Source: an uncultured Verrucomicrobiota bacterium (GTDB lineage: Bacteria > Verrucomicrobiota > Verrucomicrobiia > Limisphaerales > JAEYXS01). From it: a stretch of DNA of 64,000 bases. Position numbers and translations under genes: made by a program. The notes beneath the pieces were generated by a model. The model searched no databases. It was given only the letters and a program-made list of their open reading frames with translations, and had not been told where the DNA came from. This document shows, piece after piece, positions 1 through 6,456 of this stretch (positions are counted from its first letter, which is position 1; each line of letters starts with the position of its first letter). The DNA lies in NCBI GenBank assembly GCA_964589735.1, contig CAZPUL010000025.1, positions 529 to 64,528 on the forward strand, given 5' to 3'.

Positions 1-237
1 CAACACCCTCCTAACCCCAATTCGCGTAGCGACGACCCGATCTTCCCCGTAGCAGTTCCGCGACTGCGTGATGACGAGGCTCAAACCTCCCGCACCCACG
101 CCCGCCCACTTGCGGTAATTGCCGCACCAATAACGCCGCTCAGCCCCCGCCACATTAAGGCAAATCCCGCTCGACAGCCCGCCAAACCTCACTAAATTGC
201 CTTCAACCAAGATGAATTCTCCAGCCAAACCAACCAC
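1..237 (-). CDS. hypothetical protein, 5' part only (runs off left edge)
   Basis: Manual minus-strand translation is open from a TAA at 273-271 down to base 1. Candidate starts are GTG at 237-235 and TTG at 252-250. The peptide reads VVGLAGEFILVEGNLVRFGGLSSGICLNVAGAERRYWCGNYRKWAGVGAGG..., with a strong bias to G at codon position 1. No family recognised. It is truncated, so it is absent from the ORF track. Confidence 0.3.
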   Translation of the reverse strand, partial: MVGLAGEFILVEGNLVRFGGLSSGICLNVAGAERRYWCGNYRKWAGVGAGGLSLVITQSRNCYGEDRVVATRIGVRRVL

Positions 238-240
238 CGG

Positions 241-276
241 GCTTAACCGCAACCTGCGGTCTAATACCTGTTAGGC
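241..276 (+). repeat. short attC-like remnant (GCTTAAC ... GTTAGGC)
   Basis: GCTTAAC at 241-247 and GTTAGGC at 270-276 flank a small hairpin (cgca acc tgcg). At 36 bp it is shorter than typical functional attC sites, so the true 5' boundary is unclear. Confidence 0.3.
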
Positions 277-284
277 ATCAGCGC

Positions 285-551
285 ATGACAAAGACCGTCC
301 ACATCTTTGAGTCAGTTGGGATGGGAGTTTGCATAGGCTACGCATTGATTTGTTGGATTGCTGATCTAGCGCGCGTCGGGAACATGCACCCGGGAGTCAG
401 ATACAATCTTCTTTTTTCGGCTGGTGTGGCGACCACGGTCGTTGGCTTTTTGTTTGCGTGCGTTGCGTATCGCCGCCGACCAGTGTTTGCCCGCTGCACA
501 TTGGCAGCCTGTTTGTTGTGGGTAGTTTGGTCACTATTGCCAAGACTATGA
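285..551 (+). CDS. cassette ORF, small membrane protein (88 aa)
   Basis: ATG lies 8 nt after GTTAGGC. The stop TGA at 549-551 lies 1 nt before the R'' box GCCTAAC. Three hydrophobic segments. No family recognised. Confidence 0.55.
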   Translation: MTKTVHIFESVGMGVCIGYALICWIADLARVGNMHPGVRYNLLFSAGVATTVVGFLFACVAYRRRPVFARCTLAACLLWVVWSLLPRL

Positions 552-552
552 T

Positions 553-678
553 GCCTAACCATACGCTGCAGCGAACCCGGCGGGGGCGTCGCGGCGAGTC
601 CGCGAGTCCCGACACCGTTTGTCGGGATTGCAATCGTTGCGTCCCGTGCGCCGGGTCGCTGAGCTTGGGTCGTTAGGT
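553..678 (+). repeat. integron attC site (126 bp)
   Basis: Starts GCCTAAC and ends GTTAGGT. The arms cctaaccatacgctgcagcgaacccggcg and cgccgggtcgctgagcttgggtcgttagg are imperfect inverted repeats with unpaired bases. There is a central hairpin tcccgaca/tgtcggga. Confidence 0.7.
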
Positions 679-687
679 GTCTTGCGT

Positions 688-1143
688 ATGCCCTCGAAAC
701 TTACATGGGATGATTTGCTGATTCAGGGCATTCCCGAGTCGGACGCTCGCACTTGGCTCGGCTACTGGTCAGGCATGGTCGGCGGACGAGTCGCTCCAGT
801 TTTCATGTCGAAGTTCGGCGATTGGTTTCTTCGACGTCCCGACGGTGGCACGGACGAGCTTTCCGTCATTGAGGGCACATATTCTCAGGTCGCTTCCACG
901 CCGGATGAGTTTGCATCGCTTGTGAATTCGCAGGCTTGGCAAGAGCAGCATCTCCTTTCGTTTCAGGTAGGGCAGTTGCACGAACGCGGCATCATTCCGC
1001 AGGCTGGCCAGTGTTACGCATTCGCTCCGCATCCGGCGTTGCTTGGTCGCATTGATATTGAGAGAGTGATGCTCATGGACATCGGCGTATGGCAGCACAT
1101 CTGCGCCCATCATTTTATTTCCCAGTCAGTGAGCACCAAATGA
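688..1143 (+). CDS. cassette ORF, DUF1851 / Tdi1-like (T6SS immunity-type) domain protein (151 aa)
   Basis: ATG at 688 follows the attC. The TTG start at 619 in the ORF track lies inside the attC. From memory, the motifs FGDWFLRRPDG...L.V..G, GQCYAFAPHPALLG and VMLMDIGVWQHI match the DUF1851/Tdi1 C-terminal pattern. Confidence 0.6.
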   Translation: MPSKLTWDDLLIQGIPESDARTWLGYWSGMVGGRVAPVFMSKFGDWFLRRPDGGTDELSVIEGTYSQVASTPDEFASLVNSQAWQEQHLLSFQVGQLHERGIIPQAGQCYAFAPHPALLGRIDIERVMLMDIGVWQHICAHHFISQSVSTK

Positions 1144-1147
1144 CGAC

Positions 1148-1273
1148 ACCTAACCATGCGCTGCAGCGAACCCTGCGAGAGCGTCGCGGCGAGTCCGCGA
1201 GTCCCGACACCGTTTGTCGGGATTGCCATCGTTGCCTCCCGTGCGCCGGGTCGCTGAGCTTGGGTCGTTAGGC
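1148..1273 (+). repeat. integron attC site (126 bp)
   Basis: Starts ACCTAAC and ends GTTAGGC. It differs from the 553-678 copy at 6 of 126 positions. Confidence 0.7.
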
Positions 1274-1285
1274 CGCTTTCACACA

Positions 1286-1582
1286 ATGCCAAAACTCGCC
1301 TGTCCATGTGGTTTTGTTCACGATCTCTCGCCGATACCTGATGACGGTTGGAAGGTTATTCGCGACAGAGAGATGGAGTCATTCCTCGAACGTCAGCGTA
1401 TCTATGCAGATGGCTTTAACGCCGCTCCGGGCACGCCGGAGCGTGAGGCGTCTGACCGCGCCTTTCACGATGGACCACTAGTCGGAGTGCTTTATGATTG
1501 CCCGAAGTGCGGACGTGTCATATGGCGGAAGCGACCGGATGCGGAGTGGAGGATTTATGCACCAGAGAATCCAACGGCCTAA
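1286..1582 (+). CDS. cassette ORF, small Cys-pair (zinc-ribbon-like) protein (98 aa)
   Basis: ATG at 1286 lies 12 nt after GTTAGGC. It carries CPCG near the N-terminus and CPKCG near the C-terminus. The stop TAA (1580-1582) lies inside the R'' box GCCTAAC of the next attC. Confidence 0.55.
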   Translation: MPKLACPCGFVHDLSPIPDDGWKVIRDREMESFLERQRIYADGFNAAPGTPEREASDRAFHDGPLVGVLYDCPKCGRVIWRKRPDAEWRIYAPENPTA

Positions 1583-1675
1583 CAAATCGCTGCAGCCAAC
1601 GCCGGATGGCGCTGGCATCTCCGCTTTCGCGGGCCACGTCACTGGTCCGGCGTGGCTAAGCTTTTATCGTTAGGC
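1577..1675 (+). repeat. integron attC site (99 bp, divergent)
   Basis: Starts GCCTAAC and ends GTTAGGC. The arms cctaacaaatcgctgcagccaacgccgga and tccggcgtggctaagcttttatcgttagg are imperfect inverted repeats. The terminal boxes match the other two sites but the centre differs. Confidence 0.65.
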
Positions 1676-1676
1676 C

Positions 1677-1892
1677 ATGAGACAGAGCTTCATTTTTCTG
1701 CTTCTGGCTGCGACTGCATGCTTGTCTGGTTGCTCGCTAGGACCACAGGAGTTTATGTGGGGCGTGACTTTGTTCGTGATGGCAGCCATTTTCTTGGCGC
1801 TAGTCGGGGGAATCATCAGGGTTGTCGCAAAGTGTTTCGACAAGCGCAAGTCCAAGACCGAAAAAGACAGTGACACCAAACCAGAGCCATAG
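1677..1892 (+). CDS. cassette ORF, small lipoprotein/membrane protein (71 aa)
   Basis: ATG lies 1 nt after GTTAGGC. It has a lipobox-like LSGC after a hydrophobic leader, a second TM segment and a Lys-rich tail. No attC was recognised downstream. Confidence 0.5.
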   Translation: MRQSFIFLLLAATACLSGCSLGPQEFMWGVTLFVMAAIFLALVGGIIRVVAKCFDKRKSKTEKDSDTKPEP

Positions 1893-1913
1893 GCCTCCTG
1901 AGAAACTAGGCCG

Positions 1914-2240
1914 CTAAGTGGTTGTGGTGGAGACGAGTTTGTAGCCGAGAGCGGCGGCCCACACCTTCGGATCATACGGCACTCCATGCTTGAACAGGGC
2001 CATAATATCCGCGCTAAATAATGCACCATCGCCGTCGCTGGTATAAGAGCGTTTTTAAAAATGATGTAGCGGAGTGGAGCGCGGATTTTTGAGTTCGGGC
2101 GAGGCTTTGGCGAAGGAGCAGGTTCCATAGACCCTGTGACTGAGCCGAAACGACGCCAGAACCCAAAAAGACAGCTTACCTTCTCTCTCCCACCACTCCG
2201 CTACAGCATTTTTAAAACCGCTCTAAGCCCGCCACAGCAT
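1914..2240 (-). pseudogene. small ORF apparently split by the MITE-like insertion
   Basis: The minus-strand frame ...YTSDGDGALFSADIMALFKHGVPYDPKVWAAALGYKLVSTTTT* (stop at 1914-1916) runs into the left TIR and stops there. Removing 2047-2226 in silico, which leaves one TAA, joins it in frame to ATG at 2240-2238, preceded by ggagg. Confidence 0.25.
2047..2223. mobile_element. MITE-like non-autonomous element (177 bp, 31-bp TIRs, TAA flanks)
   Basis: The left end is gagcgtttttaaaaatgatgtagcggagtgg. The reverse complement of the right end is gagcggttttaaaaatgctgtagcggagtgg (2 mismatches in 31). TAA sits directly on both sides (2044-2046 and 2224-2226). No internal ORF. Confidence 0.5.
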
Positions 2241-2279
2241 TGCCTTCCCCTCCCCTTCGCGCCATAATCCCACACACCC

Positions 2280-3752
2280 ATGCCACCGCCACAGACACAC
2301 ACCTTGGTCTTGCGCACTCTCACTCTCCTGCTATGCCTGCTCTGTTCCCTCGCCCCGTTGACCACTCACGCCGCCGATAAACTCAACGTCCTCTTCCTCG
2401 TCTCCGACGACCTCAACACCCGCCTCGGCTGCTACGGCGACCACCTCGCGCAGACCCCGCACCTCGACCGCCTCGCCGCCCAAGGCGTCCGCTTTGATCG
2501 CGCCTATTGCCAGTTCCCCCTGTGCAGCCCCTCGCGCTCCTCCTTCCTCACCGGCCTGCGACCCGATCACAACGGCGTCGTGAACAACAGCGCGAACTTC
2601 CGCACCAAACTGCCCAACCATTTGACCCTCCCGCAGACCTTCCGCCAAAACGGCTGGTTCACCGCGCGCGTCGGCAAAATCTTTCACTACGCCGTCCCCG
2701 CCCAGATCGGCACTGATGGCGCGGACGACGCCCCTTCGTGGGAAAAAGTCATCAACCCCAAAGGCCGCGATGTGACCGATGAAGAAAAGATCTTCACCCT
2801 CCGCCCCGATCTCGCAGGTGCCTCCCGCTACGCCGGCACTCTGAGCTGGCTCGCCGCCGAGGGCACCGATGCCGAGCAGACCGATGGCCTCACCGCCCGC
2901 GCCGCAGTGAAATTGCTGGAGGAAAACCAAAGCAAACCCTTCTTCCTCGCCGTCGGTTTCTTCCGCCCCCACACCCCCTACGTCGCGCCCAAAAAATATT
3001 TCGACCTCTACCCTCTCGATAAGATCAAGCTGCCCGTTGTTCCCGCGAATGTGAAAGAACTCTTCCCCGCCGCCGCCCTCACCAATCGCAAAGACCACGA
3101 CGCCATGACCGACACCCAGCGTCGTCAGGCCATTCAGGCTTACCTCGCCAGCATCTCCTTCATGGATGCCCAGGTCGGCCATGTCCTCGCTGCCTTGGAC
3201 CGCCTGAAACTGCGCGAGAAAACCATCGTCATCTTTATCAGCGATCACGGCTATCACCTCGGCGAGAAAGGCCAGTGGCAGAAGATGTCCCTCTTCGAAG
3301 AATCTGCCCGCGTCCCCCTCATCATCTCCGCCCCCGGCATGGCCAACGGCAAACCCTGTCCGCGCGTCGTCGAACTCCTCGACCTCTACCCCACCCTCAC
3401 CGACCTCTGCGGCCTTAAACCCGCCGTGAAACTCGATGGCCTCAGCCTGCGCCCCTTGTTGCAAGACCCGAATGCCAACTGGGCCAAACCCGCCCTCACC
3501 CAGCAATCCCGTGGCGTCCCCGTCGGCACCTTCGAAACCGGCAAGAAACCCGCCACCCCTGGCTACATGGGCTACAGCCTCCGCACCGAACGCTGGCGCT
3601 ACACCGCATGGGACGCCGGCCGCAAAGGCCTCGAACTCTACGACCACGATGCCGACCCGCAGGAAATGAAAAACCTAGCCAACGATCCAGCCCACGAAAA
3701 GACCCGCGCCGAACTCCAAGCCCAACTGCTGAAAGCCATCTCACCAAAGTGA
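2280..3752 (+). CDS. Cys-type sulfatase, iduronate-2-sulfatase-like, secreted
   Basis: Signal peptide, then LFLVSDDL and the CSPSR motif (CQFPLCSPSRSSFLTGLRPD). About 65% identical by eye to the ORF at 40819-42288 over the N-terminal catalytic region. Confidence 0.9.
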   Translation: MPPPQTHTLVLRTLTLLLCLLCSLAPLTTHAADKLNVLFLVSDDLNTRLGCYGDHLAQTPHLDRLAAQGVRFDRAYCQFPLCSPSRSSFLTGLRPDHNGVVNNSANFRTKLPNHLTLPQTFRQNGWFTARVGKIFHYAVPAQIGTDGADDAPSWEKVINPKGRDVTDEEKIFTLRPDLAGASRYAGTLSWLAAEGTDAEQTDGLTARAAVKLLEENQSKPFFLAVGFFRPHTPYVAPKKYFDLYPLDKIKLPVVPANVKELFPAAALTNRKDHDAMTDTQRRQAIQAYLASISFMDAQVGHVLAALDRLKLREKTIVIFISDHGYHLGEKGQWQKMSLFEESARVPLIISAPGMANGKPCPRVVELLDLYPTLTDLCGLKPAVKLDGLSLRPLLQDPNANWAKPALTQQSRGVPVGTFETGKKPATPGYMGYSLRTERWRYTAWDAGRKGLELYDHDADPQEMKNLANDPAHEKTRAELQAQLLKAISPK

Positions 3753-3853
3753 ATACGCAGCCAGACGGCCAGTCGCTCCAGGCCTTGTCATTGCCGATAC
3801 GTCCCTGCGTCAGCCAAACAACGGCCAAACTAGCATCGGCACTGGAAATGTTA

Positions 3854-3910
3854 TCTCCCTCTCCCTAATGGCAGGCCGAGCTTCGGCGGAGAGGGCCGGG
3901 GTGAGGGGTA
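3854..3910 (+). repeat. REP-like hairpin repeat ('GERAGVRG' element), copy 1
   Basis: tctccctctccc...ggagagggccggggtgaggggta. The same core occurs at 15121-15164 and 31929-31972. This copy has an extra inner hairpin, gccgagcttcggc. Confidence 0.7.
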
Positions 3911-4151
3911 AGGAGACGTCCATCATGCAAATCCAAACACCATTCGCCGGCAAATCACGCGGATGTCTGCTTTTTTCGGGTTCCATAAACTTATGGGTAA
4001 TGGCCAGTCGATCCCGCTTATCATTGCTTTGTTGTTACTCATATCCTGACTGCGCCCCTTTCCCCTTCATAAATCATAATTCATACCTCACACTTTGCTT
4101 CCTTCCCGCAGTTGCCTTTCTCCCTCCAGTACGCTTCATTGATGCATCGCC

Positions 4152-6446
4152 ATGAGAAACGCACCGCTGATCATTGCTGTTTTGGTCGCCGTATCCGCCC
4201 TTGCCGGATACGAGGCCGGCAAGCGTCGCGCACCGCAACCAGCCCCTGCGCCCGCCGTTCCCGCTCCTGCCAAGACCGCCGAAGTCAAAAAGCCCGCGCC
4301 GAAACTGGTCGTCGAAAAACCCTTGGGCACTTCCCGCATCTCCTTGGCCGAAGCCGAGCAGCAGGTCCGCGATATCCTGCTCAACCCTGTTCCCCGGCTA
4401 GACCGTCTCTATCCCATACTCGCCTCACTTTCCCCCGGCGACCTCGCCGCCCTCACCTCCAGCCTCGTGGCCTCGCCCCGCGGCATCCAGGAGTATCTGA
4501 TCACCAGTCACGTGCTCGCCCGCTGGGCCGACTTCGCCCCGCACGACGCTCTCAGTTTCGCGGAGAAAATCCCCAACCGCAATCAACGTGATGCGGCCAT
4601 CGCCACCGCCCTGGGCGCCTTGGCTCGCACCGATTCGGCCGCCGCCATCACCTATGCGAACAGCCTCACCGGACAAGGCCGCATCTCTGCCTGGCACGCA
4701 CTGGCCCGATCCATGGCGGAAACCGATCCCGCCCGCGCTCTGAAATTGGCGTCTGAGAATCTCACTGCTTACGAAGCCGCCAACGTTGGCAGCACCATCA
4801 TCCAGATCTGGAGCGGCTGGGATCCGCAAGCTGCCCTGGCCGCCCAGTTGGCTTTGCCCGGCAATCGCTCCCGCGAATACAATATCGCCAACATCTATGG
4901 CCGCTGGGCCACGACTGATCCCCAGGCCGCTCTGGCCAGTGCCCTGCAATTGAAGGACGCCGCCGCGCGTGACAACTCCGTCCGGCGCGTCCTGAGCCAG
5001 ATCGCCCTCACCGACGCGCCCGGCGCCATACAGGCCGCCAGCCAGTTGACCGGCCGGATGCGTGAGCAGGCACTCGGCGAAATCGCGCGTATCTGGGCCG
5101 GTCGGGATGCTGCTGCCGCCCTGCAATGGGCCCAGAATGCCCCCAAGGAAAGCGAACGCCGCGCCACCCTCCGGAGCATCATGCCGGAGCTCGCCCGTTC
5201 TGATATCCAGTCCGCCGTCCGCTTCTTGGAATCCCTTCCCGTCGGCACCCTGAAGAACGAATTGGTCGGCAGTCTGCTCGGCACTTGGAGCTACACCGAC
5301 CCTCAGGCCATGATGAACTGGGTCAATTCCCAGCCCCCGGGCGCTCTCAAGAAAAACGCCCTCAGCCAGGCCATCAACCAGTTGAGCTATCAAGACCCCG
5401 TCACCGCTGCCCAATTGCTGAGCGCCTCACCCGGCAGTTCCTCGGATACTTACCGCTTCCAGTCGGTCGGCGAAAACTACGCCCGCATCGATCCGGAAAA
5501 AGCCCTGGCCTGGGTGCAGTCCCTCCCGCCCGGCAAAACCCAGAACGAAGCGATGCAAGGCGCCCTCAATGCCATCGCCCGGACCGACCCGCAATACGCC
5601 TTGGACATCGCCACCCAACTCCCCGCCGGTCGCTCCCGTGAAACCACCTTGAATTCCATCTTCAGTTCTTGGGGTGAACAGGATCTGACCAGCGCGGTCA
5701 CCTGGCTCAAAAATGTGAAGGATGAATCCCTCCTCCTCGCTGCCAGCCAGTCCCTCAGCTACAAATGGGGCCGCGAAGCGCCAGCGGATGCCGCCGCCTT
5801 CGGCCTGACCCTGCCCGAAGGCAGCAAGCGCCTCGACTACCTGGCCAACGTCACCCAATACTGGGCGCAAGATAACCCCGCTGACGCCTTGGCCTGGGTC
5901 ACCGCCCTCACCGATCCCAAGTTGCGCGAGCGCACGATCCCCAACGCCGTCAGCGCCTGGGCCGCCACCTCACCACTGGAGGCCGCCAATTTCGTCTCCA
6001 CGCTTCCGGCTGGCAAGGAGCAGGACAGTGCCGCCCTCCAAGTCGTCTCCACCTGGGGCCGCGAAGACCCTGCCAGCACCGCCGGCTGGGTCAACGCCTT
6101 CCCCGAAGGCCAGTTGCGTGAAGACGCCCTGCAACGGCTCGCTTCTTCCTGGGCTTCACAAGATTCCACTGGTGCCTTGAAATGGTTGAATACCCTGCCC
6201 GCTGGCAAATCCCGTGACCGCGCCGTCGGCTCCTTCGTGGATAATCTCAGCTATCAGGAACCTGCGCTAGCCGCCTCCGCCGTTCTGGGCATAGCTGATG
6301 ACAACAGCCGCTATCAGCGGATGGAAAACATCGCCAACAACTGGCTGCGCAATGATGAAAAAGCCGCCCTCAACTGGCTGAACCAGGTGCCTCTGCCCGT
6401 CGACCGCAAAGAACGCATCCTCAAATCCCATCAATCGAACCGTTGA
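4152..6446 (+). CDS. membrane-anchored helical-repeat protein (764 aa), function unknown
   Basis: N-terminal TM segment and a Pro/Ala-rich linker, then roughly 17 tandem units of about 36-38 aa with the recurring pattern W..(D/T)P..A(L/A).W...LP.G..R... Confidence 0.75.
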   Translation: MRNAPLIIAVLVAVSALAGYEAGKRRAPQPAPAPAVPAPAKTAEVKKPAPKLVVEKPLGTSRISLAEAEQQVRDILLNPVPRLDRLYPILASLSPGDLAALTSSLVASPRGIQEYLITSHVLARWADFAPHDALSFAEKIPNRNQRDAAIATALGALARTDSAAAITYANSLTGQGRISAWHALARSMAETDPARALKLASENLTAYEAANVGSTIIQIWSGWDPQAALAAQLALPGNRSREYNIANIYGRWATTDPQAALASALQLKDAAARDNSVRRVLSQIALTDAPGAIQAASQLTGRMREQALGEIARIWAGRDAAAALQWAQNAPKESERRATLRSIMPELARSDIQSAVRFLESLPVGTLKNELVGSLLGTWSYTDPQAMMNWVNSQPPGALKKNALSQAINQLSYQDPVTAAQLLSASPGSSSDTYRFQSVGENYARIDPEKALAWVQSLPPGKTQNEAMQGALNAIARTDPQYALDIATQLPAGRSRETTLNSIFSSWGEQDLTSAVTWLKNVKDESLLLAASQSLSYKWGREAPADAAAFGLTLPEGSKRLDYLANVTQYWAQDNPADALAWVTALTDPKLRERTIPNAVSAWAATSPLEAANFVSTLPAGKEQDSAALQVVSTWGREDPASTAGWVNAFPEGQLREDALQRLASSWASQDSTGALKWLNTLPAGKSRDRAVGSFVDNLSYQEPALAASAVLGIADDNSRYQRMENIANNWLRNDEKAALNWLNQVPLPVDRKERILKSHQSNR

Positions 6447-6456
6447 CCTCATCACC

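Larger units (their letters stand above)
241..1892 (+). mobile_element. integron-type gene-cassette array (partial; no integrase in window)
   Basis: Four small + strand ORFs are separated by three attC-like imperfect palindromes (553-678, 1148-1273, 1577-1675). Each begins RYYYAAC at or just after a stop codon and ends GTTRRRY 1-12 nt before the next ATG. A further GTTAGGC at 270-276 precedes the first ORF. Confidence 0.7.

Noticed and set aside
458-676. ORFs 458-676 and 1089-1271 with near-identical C-termini (...GESASPDTVCRDC.RC.PCAGSLSLGR), and the shared N-terminal peptides of 619-1143 and 1214-1582
   Set aside because: The shared peptides are simply translations of the repeated attC sites. 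The real cassette genes start at the ATGs after GTTRRRY (688 and 1286).
2331-3647. 438-aa minus-strand ORF opposite sulfatase; similar long antisense ORFs at 11740-12954, 13531-15006, 15093-16325, 33958-35490, 40702-41484 and 52782-53939
   Set aside because: All are mirror-frame ORFs of confidently identified genes. Their compositions are dominated by Gly/Ala/Glu/Val or Arg/His, as expected from reading GC-rich codons backwards.
3868-4155. 95-aa ORF in the sulfatase / repeat-protein intergenic region
   Set aside because: It begins inside the REP-like 'GERAGVRG' repeat and continues through a C/T-rich leader. It shows no coding-like composition.
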